Shown: positions 1-12,215, counted from the first letter of the whole stretch. The stretch is 63,735 nt of DNA, filler included, from Octopus bimaculoides (GCF_001194135.2; 9 parts of 6 records of this genome joined end to end with filler, not necessarily neighbours in it); one strand, 5' to 3'. Notes: a model not told the origin generated them from the sequence alone. Numbers and translations are program-made.

Positions 1-1475
1 ATATATATATATATATATACATATATAAGCAGATATAATTGCGTGTATGTCTATAGACAAATACACATATGTATAACTACACTATTATATCATATTACAC
101 ATGCGATCGTGCTATCTTGCTTCCATTACACATCCACTGAGATTAACCGACTGATAGCGCGTTTGAGTAACGAGGTCAATATTTGTAATATAATTTCTAT
201 ATAGAGATTTTTCCATGGTGTTGTGGATGGTGTTAACCTTACCAATCACATCTCTTAACATTCCGATACATTTATCGCACTAATTTTCTTCTTTTCTTTC
301 TTTAATAATTCTTGAAAATTACAGTTGAAGCAATATATTGAAACTATAGGTAGTTAAACGCAAACTTATCTAGTAATTTTTCCGGTCAATTTTTTCTCTG
401 TATCTTATTTTTACAAGTCCATTGACCAACTCAAATATTTGTCTTTAACATCGATTATGTTGACAAAATTTAACGCTTTATGTTTATAAGACTATTGTAT
501 TTGAGAAGTCTTATCCCTCTGAAAGTTCTTTTTAAAAATGTGTGATTGATTATATATGAGGACTATTCCGTTGCTAATAATTCCATCAAATGTGAATGAT
601 TCTTAAAGAAATTTTGTTGGTGCTGTGCCAAAGAGCAAATCTCTATATTCTCCACCTCGTTCGACCTGCTAAAAACAGCAGACAAATGTCACTCAATACG
701 CACTAAAATAATTAACGTACACTCGAAATATAGTCCCTTTTTATAAAACAGGAGCAGGATGCCACCGCTGAAACACCTTTTATCGTGGTTTTGCACGAAC
801 ATGGATTTCTTCGAAATAAAAATTAGGAACGTTTTTAACACACTACCAATACACTAAAAGAGGACAATTTGCTAGCAGAATTATTGGTGTATCGAAAAAA
901 ATGTCATGCGTTCTCTTGTCACTTTAGGCCCTGGGTTCAAATTCCACCAAGGTAGAAATTACTTTTTATCTTTCAACTTTTCTCTGTCCAGAAGATAAAA
1001 TGCAAGTCTTTGAATAGATTTAATCGATTGACACCATCGCTAGAATTTTTACCATTGTACCTAGTTAGAATTCAATATACATTTAAAGGTGTATGAAGAT
1101 TTCATCGGTCTAAGATTACAAAAAGCTTCAATATACAGGTGAGGTGTGTGGAATCAATCAATGAAAAATGATGGACCATAAGAGATCTTCTTAAGTTTCC
1201 TTAGCATTTATTTACTGCTTCGAATGTAGTTATTTAGAAATTATTGAAGAAATGAGTGAAGAAAAACTGAGTGTTAAAGTATCGATATGTTAAGTGATGT
1301 GATTGATAAAGTTAACACTATCCACTACACCTGTGGAAAAATCTCAACAGTATCTCAACTATATTTATGATGGCCTAGTTTCTCAACGGGCGTGTAGTGT
1401 AAGCAAGGACCTATGTATATGTATGTGAGAGAATAGATATATTTATCAAATGTGAATAGGTATACATTGTACATA

Positions 1476-2703
1476 CAGGGGTTGGACAAAATAATTGGAA
1501 CAGTAGAAATTTAACTCCAATATTTCAATGAGCCATTATATTACAAATATCCACCAAAATTCCATTGTGTGTTATTTTTTGGATTGCAGATGATTTTATT
1601 TATCTAATTTAATGATTATTTCTATCACTTTTTTCAGAAGAGAGTATAAATTAAGCTAACATGCGTGACCTCACTGAATTCGAGAAAAGGCAAATTGTTG
1701 GAGCTCGAATGGCAGGACAGCTGAACTCCTTGGTTTTTCGAGAGCTACCATATCAAGGACCATGACTGAATTTGAGAAGCAGTGCAAAACCTCCAGCAGG
1801 AGAAGTAAGTCCAGCAGGACTTCGAAGCTCACTGAAAGTGACCGACGATTGTTGAATCGCATTGTGATGAAAAATCACCGGACAGCTGCCCCTAAAGTAA
1901 CTGCAGAGTTGAACCAACATCTGGCTAGCCCAGTTTCGACCAAAACTATTCACCGTGAGCTCAATTAAGCCGGATATCATGGAAGAGCGGCCATCAGAAA
2001 GCTTCTGCTTTCTCATCAAAACATTCAAAAAAGGGCTGAATTGGTGTAGGACGACAGACCAGTGGAAACAAGTAACATTCTCCGACGAGTCCAGTTTTTC
2101 TCTTTTCCCCACTGGAAGGTGAGTTTATGCGTGGAGGCAGCCCAAGGAAGCTTTTAATCCTGACTGCCTTCTTCCTACAGTGAAGCACGAGGAGGGTCTG
2201 TGATGGTTTGGGCAGCCATTTCGTGGAATTCTCATGGTCCAATCGTTGCCCTGCATGGTAGAATCAACAGCAATGATTATCTAAATATTTTGAGAAATCA
2301 AGTTCTTCCCATTGTCCAGACATTATTCCCTGATGGTGAGTGCAGCTTCCAGGATGACAATGCTCAAATACGCGCCTGTCATGTGGTTAATAATTGATAT
2401 GAAGAGCATAGAAGTGAACTACAACACATGGAGTGGCCTCCTAAATCTCCAGATCTTAATATTACTGAGCATCTGTGATGCATCTTGGAGTGACAAGTTA
2501 GAAGTCGTTACCTTCCACCGCAACAGTTGGAATAGGTTTTGCAGGAAAATGGCTCAGGATTCTTCTCAATGAAAACAGGAAGCTGTATGAATCAATTGCT
2601 AGACGCATCGAAGCTGTTCAGAAAGTTAAAGAAGGACCGACTCCATATTAAATAAATATTCATTGAATTTAACACGTATTCCCATTATTTTGTCCGACCC
2701 CTG
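1476..2703 (+). mobile_element. Full-length decayed Tc1-family DNA transposon (DD36E, Incomer-like)
   Basis: Left TIR CAGGGGTTGGACAAAATAATTGGAA (1476) vs right TIR revcomp CAGGGGTCGGACAAAATAATGGGAA (ends 2703), 23/25 identical. TA at left, TG at right (mutated TSD). 1228 bp with internal transposase remnant. Confidence 0.95.
1661..2650 (+). pseudogene. Tc1 transposase pseudogene (stops and frameshifts)
   Basis: MRDLTEFEKRQIVGARMAG N-terminus, then FSDESSF, VMVWAAISW, FQDDNA and WPPKSPDLNITEHL motifs across frames. In-frame stops, e.g. TGA at 2395-2397. Confidence 0.93.
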
Positions 2704-2705
2704 TG

Positions 2706-2747
<42 letters not shown>

Positions 2748-2847
2748 NNNNNNNNNNNNNNNNNNNNNNNNNNNNNNNNNNNNNNNNNNNNTTAATTAAT
2801 TAANNNNNNNNNNNNNNNNNNNNNNNNNNNNNNNNNNNNNNNNNNNN
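2748..2847. other. Assembly gap tag: 44 N + TTAATTAATTAA + 44 N (also at 10104, 22025, 28005, 39694, 44624, 59256, 61881)
   Basis: Identical 12-mer with stops in all six frames, centred in about 100-bp N blocks, eight times; non-biological. Confidence 0.95.
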
Positions 2848-2978
2848 TATATATATATATATATATATATGTATCTATATATATACATATATATATATAT
2901 ACATATATACATATATACATCTATTCGGTCACATGTACATTGTGCATGTACTTCACTTAAACACCAATTTTCTGCCGT

Positions 2979-3107
2979 ATAGCGTCCGGCGAAAGCTCCC
3001 TACAGGAGCTGAGTGTTAAAGAACATTGAGTACTGTAGAGCAGGCCCTGGCACACTCTGTATTCTTTAACATTCGGCGTCGTGTAGTAAGCTTTCCCCGG
3101 ACGCTAT
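2979..3107. repeat. Imperfect foldback (about 54-bp arms, 22-nt loop)
   Basis: ATAGCGTCCGGCGAAAGC...GTGTTAAAGAACATTGAGT (2979-3031) is the near reverse complement of ACTCTGTATTCTTTAACATTC...GCTTTCCCCGGACGCTAT (3054-3107). Confidence 0.85.
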
Positions 3108-3329
3108 CTCGCAGCAAATGGACGTGTAGACAAAACACGTATATCGTGTATGTTCTTCTGATGATGTTTATATTAATAAGAGCTACTTTGAATTTGCAAT
3201 ACACACATATATACAGAGAGAGAGAGAGGGGGAGGAAGATACACATATATTTCTGTACATGCATATACCTATGCATGTGTGTGTGTATATATCTATGCAT
3301 GTGTGCGTGTGTGTATTTGCGTGTACGCT

Positions 3330-3370
<41 letters not shown>

Positions 3371-3953
3371 CACCAATACCCTCGCATCACACCACGCACA
3401 CACTACAACTGACCAACTCCTTTCTCCCTTCCCCATTTTCACACTACATACGTCAAGATCACCACCATTCTATCTCCCACACACACAGCCCCTCGTTCTT
3501 CGATCACCGTTTGTTATCTCCCCCTTTTCTTAGCTCTCCTGAAAAAAGAATTTCTAACTTCCGGTCAGCCATTATTATGATTGACCGTTGACTGAACACT
3601 ATTCAATTTTTTTCTCCGTGTTTTACTCCTTGTCTCCGTATTCTTTCTGTTGNNNNNNNNNNNNNNNNNNNNNNNNNNNNNNNNNNNNNNNNNNNNNNNN
3701 NNNNNNNNNNNNNNNNNNNNNNNNNNNNNNNNNNNNNNNNNNNNNNNNNNNNNNNNNNNNNNNNNNNNNNNNNNNNNNNNNNNNNNNNNNNNNNNNNNNN
3801 NNNNNNNNNNNNNNNNNNNNNNNNNNNNNNNNNNNNNNNNNNNNNNNNNNNNNNNNNNNNNNNNNNNNNNNNNNNNNNNNNNNNNNNNNNNNNNNNNNNN
3901 NNNNNNNNNNNNNNNNNNNNNNNNNNNNNNNNNNNNNNNNNNNNNNTATATAT

Positions 3954-3984
<31 letters not shown>

Positions 3985-4249
3985 CATGAATGTAGGTTTG
4001 CATATATGTATATATATCAAACACTATCCGCATTTGATGTATTGTATGATGTACATAGGCAATCATCATTGTATAATGTACATGAGCAAGTATCTTTGCA
4101 CAACAGAACCTCACAACTACCTCTAGCTTCTTTTTTTTTTTATCTCTCAGTTTCAAATTTGGTTACACAGCGCTATATGCCTTTGTTCTCTAATGACAAC
4201 CCTCTGTAGGTGTCCTTTCTTTTTAATATCACTATTTCTTTCATTCTTC

Positions 4250-5500
4250 AATTGTTGTGTTGTCCAAATTTCAGGTATCTGTTTAATCTTCTATCTATAA
4301 CAAAGCGGTTTCATTTATGCTCTTGCCGTCATGGGCTTATCTATCTTTCTCCTGAAACTTTATCTAATACAGTAGCCTTCTCTTTCTAATTGTTGAATAT
4401 TTTATGCATGAACCATTTTCAGTTCCTATATATTTCAGCATTTTACCTATTTCCTATGTAACTTCTTATTTGTGATTGTACTAAAATGTTAATTCCGTTT
4501 GTCTTCGATGTTTGTGTGTCAGATGTTATTCATTTCTCATCAATACATAACATAATCTTTTTAAGCCACTTTGCCTCGTATGTGATTTTATAATCTCTTT
4601 TAACTACTGATTATTGCGTTGAATAATATATCTGCGTCATCATCTTTCCCTTCCAAGAATCTTCTGTTGTTCTTGAACTCCTTTTACCTTTCTACTCAGC
4701 CACCAATATTTATCCGCTTTACACTTGAAAGGCCGATCTTATTCTGTCTCCAGCTTTCAACAACTTATTTTTGTTCTTTTCTCACCTCATTAACATCCAA
4801 TGTTTCACTCGAAATCAATCCATTTCCTTCTTTTTATCTGTCTTATAACCCAAATACCTTTGGCTACATTCTGATATACATTCTTAACATTATTCCACGT
4901 ATTACTAACGTCAACAACTTCATTCTAGCTTTAAACACCTACAAATCGATTTTAACATCCAATTACGAATTCATGTTTAATTCTGTCTTCTTTCAACTTT
5001 ACTACACCAGACCTTGCAGCTTCCTGTTCTTTAACCTTCAACTTTAACTATATTGTCCCTATTATAAATTGATAACCACTTCCAGTATCTGTACATCGAT
5101 ATAAAGCAACATCTAGCAGCGTTTTTATACATTGTCAGTTAATCAAAATATCTATTTGTTTACGATAATTTTTTTTTATCTAGAGATGTCTAAATATATT
5201 TATAAATAATGAATATTCTTATGCTTGAAGAGATTATCTCCTACGATGAGAGTGGTGGCTTTACAGAAGCTAATCAATCTTCTACCACTTTATTTAACAG
5301 CTCAAAACCCGTATATGCCTTTCACCTGTTCCTCACCTTCGTTGCTTTCCCTAACTTCTGTATTTGATATAGCAGTCACAATTTTTATATCTCCTGCTGC
5401 TATCAATTCCCTCTTGAGTGAATTGGTAGACAGAACCTTTCTCTTCAACGGTTGCTTTATTTATATATATGTCACAAACAACAATACTTGCGTTGCGTAG
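4250..5500 (-). mobile_element. Highly decayed RTE-type LINE fragment (APE endonuclease + linker)
   Basis: Minus translation DIKIVTAISNTEV...GIYGF*AVK*SGRRLISFCKATLIVGDNLFKHKNIH...KQIDILIN...LLDVALYRCTDTGSGYQFIIGTI*LKLK matches the RTE APE pattern (GDFNA, N.SGRRL..FC, GNT.FKHK.IH, QID.IL, SDH..L...LKLK). Confidence 0.75.
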
Positions 5501-5655
5501 ATTAACTTTAAGTTACACTAAAATAATTCTTGCATTATATAAAGAGCTCCGTTCGGTCATTGCTCTTAAATCAAGAATCTAACGATCAAGCTTATCATGC
5601 TGCATATTGTAAAGGCTTTTTTCTGTATACATAAGTTTAATATAACTTGAAAGAT

Positions 5656-5868
5656 ATTCTTTTCTACTCTAGGCACAAGACCCGAAATTATGCGGGGGGG
5701 GGCAGTCAATTAGATTGATCCAGTACGCAACTGGTACTTAATTTATCGACCCCAAAAAGGATGAAAGGCAAAGTCGCCCTCGGCGGAATTAGAACTCATA
5801 ACATAAAAACATGAAATACCGCTAAGTATTTCGCCCGGGTTGCTAACGTTTCTGGCAGCTCGCCGCCT
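5656..5868 (-). mobile_element. tRNA-derived SINE, OR-like family (GGCGGCGAGCTG head)
   Basis: Revcomp of the GGCGGCGAGCTG...GAGTTC..ATTCCGCCGAGG.CGACTTTGCCTTTCATCCTTT head/core, with a ...CCTAGAGTAGAAAAGAAT tail; repeated many times in the window. Confidence 0.85.
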
Positions 5869-5959
5869 TATACAACTCGCAAGATACTACCTTACTATAG
5901 TTTACCTGAAACGTAAGACAATATTAAAAGTTGCCGCTGCATCAACGGGTTGGACTAGA

Positions 5960-6085
5960 AGAATCGCTAACGAGCCGGAATAAATGCTAAGCAGCACTTC
6001 TGACTCTATGTTCAGAATTCAAATGCCGCTAGGGTCGACTTTGCTTTTCATCCTTTCGGGGTCGATAAAATAAGTATCAGTTGAA
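5960..6085 (+). mobile_element. Degenerate OR-like SINE fragment
   Basis: GGGTCGACTTTGCTTTTCATCCTTTCGGGGTCGATAAAATAAGTA core. Confidence 0.7.
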
Positions 6086-6490
6086 TAATTGCTGGCGGTG
6101 GTGGTGCGGGTGGGGGGTCGATGCAATCGACTTACTGCGTCGCCCGAAATAGCTGGTCTTCAGCTTTCAGTGAATTTGAAAATAGAAGTGGAAAGACACA
6201 GAAATGTGATCTATTGCCTTTTCTGTTTGCCTTTCAAATTTAGTACGTCACGAAAGAAAAACAGAAAATAATAGNNNNNNNNNNNNNNNNNNNNNNNNNN
6301 NNNNNNNNNNNNNNNNNNNNNNNNNNNNNNNNNNNNNNNNNNNNNNNNNNNNNNNNNNNNNNNNNNNNNNNNNNNNNNNNNNNNNNNNNNNNNNNNNNNN
6401 NNNNNNNNNNNNNNNNNNNNNNNNNNNNNNNNNNNNNNNNNNNNNNNNNNNNNNNNNNNNNNNNNNNNNNNNNNNNNNNNNNNNNNNNNN

Positions 6491-6539
<49 letters not shown>

Positions 6540-7734
6540 TACACACACATGTATATGTATATAGTATTCTCTAACAAGAATTGTATTGATTGTGACTTAG
6601 AATTTTCGGCCAACGAAGTCGTCATCGGACAGTCCAATGACCGAAATTTCGAAGTACCCGACAATATTATCTTTGTTAAAGAACAATAAATTAATACTGT
6701 ACCATATGTATTGAGTAATGTTTCAATTTAATGTTAAATTGTTTTTACGATAACATAAAATCAAATATTAATATATACATGACATATAAACACATAAATA
6801 TGTATATACATACGAATATACATACATGCATGCATACAGACGCGTGTTTGTGCGTTTTGTGTAAGCGCACGTGTTAAACAGATATACACTGTCGTTAAAT
6901 CAATGCCGAAATGCCAACTGACCATTAAATAAGTAGATAGATCAGGTTTTAACTATTTATTTCCCTCTGCTTAATATCCTTCTGAATTCTTCACCCAAAT
7001 ATGAGACTGCGAACTGAGATGTATCAACTCTTAAAATGGTTGCTGCAAGTTAATATAACATACGTCAAGTATGAAATACTGTAATCTTTTACAAAGATGA
7101 ACTGAACATTTTTATGGCGGCTAAAGCTCATAGACTGTAAATGGAATAAGTTACATGTATGCATGGTTATATGATTAAGAAACGTCATAGCCAAGTCGCT
7201 TCAGGTACGAACCTACTCTGTGTTAACGTGTACTCTCCTAACATTAAGAGTTGGCCAATATACTGTGAGTAAAAGTTAACAGACGGAAAATATAAGGGAA
7301 ACATGTCGTATATGTGTGTGCATGTGTCTCTGTCGTTGACCGTGTTCATGCTTACGCTTATAACTCTCAACTTGGGTGGATAAAAGTCGATAAAATAAGT
7401 TTCAAGTATTATTGTGGTCGACATAACCAATGAAACCTTTGAAGGCGATGCTGTAGCAAAACCACAATTCAATGACTGAAACCAGCAAAAATCGAAAATG
7501 AAAACGAATGAAGTGACTTGGGACAGCAAGTGTTAATTCTCCTCGGAATATACAGCGCAACACAAATGGCGAAAGGTTGAAAAATATCGGCTGAAAGATC
7601 ACCTCCTTTCGAATTCACCCTCTCCCTCTTCTTCTTCCACTTTCTCAATAGCTCTCTCTTCGTCCTCCTTTCTGTCTTTCTTTCGTTCTCTCCCTCTCAC
7701 TCTCTGTATTTCTATAGTATCAACTATCAACCTA

Positions 7735-8128
7735 TACTCTTTTTACTCTTTTACTTGTTTCAGTCTTTTGACTGTGGCCATGCTGGAGCACCGCCTTTAG
7801 TCGAGCAAATCGACCCCAGGACTTATTCTTTAGAAGTTAGTTCTTATTCTATCGGTCTCTTTTGCCGAACCGCTAAGTTACAGAGACATAAACACACCAG
7901 CATCGGTTGTCAAGCGATGTTGGGGGGACAAACACAGACACACAAACATACACACATACATATATATCTATATACATATATACGACGGACTTCTTTCAGT
8001 TTCCGTCTACCAAATCCACTCACAAGGCTTTGGTCGGCCCGAGGCTATAGTAGAAGACACTTGCTCAAGGTGCCACGGGACCATGTGGTTGGTAAACAAG
8101 CTACTTACCACACAGCCACTCCTATGCC
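7735..8128 (-). mobile_element. SINE family A (tRNA head + internal microsatellite + TAAAAGAG-repeat tail), near full length
   Basis: Shared modules CAGTC.TTTGACTG.GGCCATGCTGGAGCACCGCC and TTTCAGTTTCCGTCTACCAAATCCACTCACAAGGC; about ten copies in the window. Confidence 0.88.
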
Positions 8129-8488
8129 GATGTAATATGAAATATAAATATATAAATATATAAGTAGAAGCGAAATATAACTTCTCCGGAATATAACTAG
8201 TCTATTGTATCCAACATTTTTAAATGTATCTGGTCCCAAATCTGGTCACATGTCTGACTCCAAACGTAATTTGTAGTGGTAGGAGAACGGATGAAAAGTA
8301 GAACGAAACGTCTGGCCCAAGAACACAAAATATCACGTGCAGAGTATGTGAATTTAAACATACGAGTCACCAAAACAATGTTTTAATCACTCCACTCAGT
8401 CTTCACGCTGCAACTACATCGAACAGATGGTACATTTTATTCCGTCGACTGATCAAAACAGTATTTAACCTTCAGTCAGCTGTTCTCT

Positions 8489-8533
8489 TTAAAGCACTCT
8501 AACACACACAAACACAAACGCAAATACACACAC

Positions 8534-8564
<31 letters not shown>

Positions 8565-8780
8565 GGCTTACACATACATAATACACAAACACGCACACCC
8601 ACACACAAATACATACACAAACGCGCGCAAACAGATACACACGTCCATACGCACATAAGCACAACCACACTTAAAGAGACACTCACACAGTAACACAAGC
8701 GTACGTGTGAGTTCGGACAAAAATGCTTTGAAACAATTCTACATTTGTTGCAGGATATCACCTGGTTAATAAAAGCGAAG

Positions 8781-8844
<64 letters not shown>

Positions 8845-8855
8845 NNNNNNNNNNA

Positions 8856-8891
<36 letters not shown>

Positions 8892-8897
8892 AAGAGA

Positions 8898-8928
<31 letters not shown>

Positions 8929-9235
8929 TGTGTGTATGTGTGTGTGAAGAGAGAATGGAGTAAGAGGGAGAAAGAAGAGAGGAAGAGGGATAAAAGAGAG
9001 GAAACGAGAGACAGTGTGTGTGTTTGTTTGTGTGTGTGTGTGTGTAAGACAGACAGGTAGATAGATTGAGGTGTTTCAAATGTACAAATGATTGAACTGT
9101 CACTTAATATTTTATACATAGCTAATTCGGACTGATACAAAAGAATATATATATATATATATATACAGAGAGAGAGAGAGAGAGAGAGAAAGTGAGGGAG
9201 AGAGTTAGAGAGAGAGAGAGAGTAGGAGTGAGAGA
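8489..9235. repeat. Compound (CA)n/(TG)n/(AG)n/(TA)n microsatellite block
   Basis: Directly visible; source of spurious ORFs. Confidence 0.95.
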
Positions 9236-9719
9236 GAGATTATAAAACATGTATTCAGAGCTAACTCTGTCGTCAGATGTTCGCTGGAGTTCTTCGTCAT
9301 CAGTCACTCAAGTGTCGCCGGAAGAACTGGGACGAATAGCGATTCATGCATTTTCATCTTCAAATACGTTGTTTCACTCACCTTAATAGTATTGAGTACT
9401 ATTTTAATTTCAATTCAATCAATCAACCCATATCTGTGTAACCCTTAATAAAATACACGCATTCACACTTACACACATATAATACATGTGTTGCTGAATG
9501 CAGCTATGCATTTATGTATCTTTGTGCAGCTGAAGATTGCTCTGCATTTTACATTTAATGTAATGCTCACTTTGCTTAAATAAATTGAGGCGCATGAAAC
9601 GATCGTACTGCATATCCTTGTTGCTTATTTTGATTATACATATATATATTTATTTATTTATTTATTTATGTGTTTCAGCCAAGTTGCTGCGGTCATGCTG
9701 GTGCACCACCGTGATTTTC

Positions 9720-10058
9720 ACGTTCCTTGCATGGCTTTTCTCCCCCACCTGACATGGTCCAATCAAGAGTTTTGATGGCACATCTGGTGTATAAGAGAAT
9801 TTGACACAGCTGCCCTAAACTGCGTCTCATTACGAGCCATTTGTACGTCTGGTATCGTGGAGAGGAAAGCGTCAAGTTTTGTCTTGAAGACCTCTGCATC
9901 CATGTCTTGCATGTCTCTCAAATGTTTCGGCAGGGCATTGAAGAGCTGAGGTCCTCTGAAACCGAGGCTGCTGCAGTATCTCGTTCTTATGTGAGATGCA
10001 GTGGACGGTACCTTTGGCACCATGCAGTGGCGACCCGTGCGGGCATTCCTGTAGTACT
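9720..10058 (-). mobile_element. CR1/L2-group LINE 3' fragment
   Basis: RGPQLFNALPKHLRD...FKTKLDAFLSTIPD...RAAVSNSLIHQ, a typical CR1/L2 ORF2 C-terminus. Confidence 0.8.
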
Positions 10059-10159
10059 TNNNNNNNNNNNNNNNNNNNNNNNNNNNNNNNNNNNNNNNNN
10101 NNNTTAATTAATTAANNNNNNNNNNNNNNNNNNNNNNNNNNNNNNNNNNNNNNNNNNNN

Positions 10160-10394
10160 GGCACATAAAAGACACCATTTCGAGCGTGGCCATTTTCGTG
10201 CGGGTGACACGTAAAAGCACCCACTACACTCTCTGAGTGGTTGGCGTTAGGAAGGGCATCCAGCTGTAGAAACTCTGCCAAATTAGATTGGAGCCTGGTG
10301 TTGCCATCCGGTTTCACCAGTCCTCAGTCAAATCGTCCAACCCATGCTAGCATGGAAAGCGGACGTTAAACGATGATGATGATGATGATGATGA
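10160..10394 (+). mobile_element. RTE-type 3' tail (or RTE-partner SINE) with (GAT)n end
   Basis: GGTTGGCGTTAGGAAGGGCATCCAGCTGTAGAAA...CCAACCCATGCTAGCATGGAAAGCGGACGTTAAAC(GAT)n; the same tail follows RTE coding sequence at 13437-13548. Confidence 0.8.
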
Positions 10395-10396
10395 TA

Positions 10397-12215
10397 TAAG
10401 GTGTGATGGGTAAATTATATTTTATATTTCATGCATGTGCATTGTATGTGCATTAATTTCATGCATATACATTGTATTTTGTTAACTACACGGTACAGTA
10501 GGGCCAGTTGGGCACTGCCTGTTAAAGAAACACAACCATGATGCAATTCACTTTGCCAGAAATTTGGAAAGAGTTGGATGAATTTAATGGTGATTACGAG
10601 GGTACGGCAGCTTGGAAAACTCATTCTGATTGTTCTAATAAGAAAAGAACTCCTGAATTTGTCAGTGAGATCCAGGCCATGATTGACAATGATCCCTCCA
10701 AGTCAATCAGGTCCATTGCCAGGAACATGGGAGTGTCTGAGTTTCTTATCAGACAGTTAGTGCATGAAGACATTCAGTATTCCTCCTACAAGATGAGAAA
10801 GGGCCAATTTTTATCCCAAGCCATCAAAGACAAGAGGAAAGACCATGATATGAAGCTTTTGAACAAACTCAGGCATCCCCTCCAACTGAACATGCTTGGT
10901 TTTTCTCAGGTGAGAAAAAATTCTGCCAGAATCAGATGGTGGACACACAGAACAACCGTTGGCTCGCTGTGTCCCCAAAATGTACTGAGTGTGAGAAAAA
11001 TAAAACATTCAGTCAGCATCATAGTGTTTGGAGTGATCACTAGTGATGCTAACGTTATGCCCCCATTCATCTTCCCATGCCACCACAGCCACAACACGGA
11101 GGCCAACCTCAAATGCCTGGAGTAGATAGTGCTGCTCTAGGTCAAGAGGGTGACTGTTGGAAAACCCTATGTCTGGCAACAGGACTCTTGCACCATGCTA
11201 CACAAGCAGAAGAACCCAGTCATGGATGTAAGACCATTTCTGTGACCACAATATCCCTAACATCTGGCCACCTAACCCTCCAGACTGCAACTCCTTTGAT
11301 CATTATGCGTTGAATGAGAGACCAACAAAACTCTTTGTGACACCAAAGATGAACTGAAGGCAAACTTAAACAAGGAGACCGTCCAGAAGAGTTGCAAGAG
11401 ATTCCAAAGTAGTCTGAAGGCCGTGGTTGAAGCAAGAAGTGATTTTATTGAACAAGTTTACTCTTTTGTATTTCAAGATATTTTCATATAATTTTGGTAA
11501 ATACGAAGGTAAGTAAAAAAGTAATGCCGTTTTGTTTAGGACAGGTATAATTACCAACACAGGAACATGTATCATACATCAAAATGAAGCTGGTCCTCTG
11601 TGGATCACATTCCTACTTCTCAACATAGTCACCATTTCTCTCAATAGCTATGTTCCACCTTCGAATGAGAGAATGTATCCCTACCCCGTAAAATTCTGGT
11701 GACTGTTCTTTGAGCCACTTCTTCACTACAGTTTTCACTTCCTCGTCACTGGAATAATGTTTGCCTCTCAAACCCTCTTTCGTGGGGCTGAAGAGATGAT
11801 AGTGCAGTGACAATGATAGTCCAGTGACGATGGTAGTCCAGAGACGTGGAAGTGAAAACTGTAGTGAAGGACTGGCTCAAAGAACAGTCAACAGAATTTA
11901 ACGGGGCAGGGATACATGCACTCATTTGAAGGTGGAACATAGCGATTGAGAGAAACGGTGACTATGTTGAGAAGTAGGAATGTGATCCACAGAGGACCAG
12001 CTTCATTTTGGTGTATGATACATGTTCCTGTGTTGGTAATTATACATGTCCTAAACAAAATGGTATTATTTTTTGACTCACCCTCGTAAAATATATATGT
12101 ATGACAAATTAAATTCTATTGAAGTTGATACACTTTTAAAACTATGTGTATGAGTATACGGTATTAAACTTCCAAAAATGAAATGTCAGTACGACAATTT
12201 ATTCACCACACCCTG
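10397..12215 (+). mobile_element. Decayed DD37D (maT) Tc1/mariner transposon with nested insertion
   Basis: TIR-like ends TAAGGTGTGATGGGTAAATTAT (10397) and revcomp CAGGGTGTGGTGAATAAATTGT (12215), both flanked by TA. Transposase ORF 10538-11125 plus frameshifted parts; QQDS to FD spacing is 37 aa after removing one inserted T near 11189. Confidence 0.85.
11504..12086. mobile_element. Non-autonomous mariner foldback element made of two inverted transposase 3' ends
   Basis: TA TSD (11502-03, 12087-88). Arms 11504-11742 and 11848-12086 are near reverse complements; both carry mariner C-terminal sequence (EVKTVV.WLKEQS.EF...GIH.LI.RWNIAIERNGDYVEK*). Confidence 0.9.

Noticed and set aside
2792-2803. 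TTAATTAATTAA recurring eight times like a regulatory or repeat motif
   Set aside because: Always centred in N blocks of about 100 bp; an assembly gap tag, not biology.
3539-3570. Hammerhead-like CTGAAAA...CCGGTC
   Set aside because: GAAA absent and stem I does not pair; at most a dead remnant.
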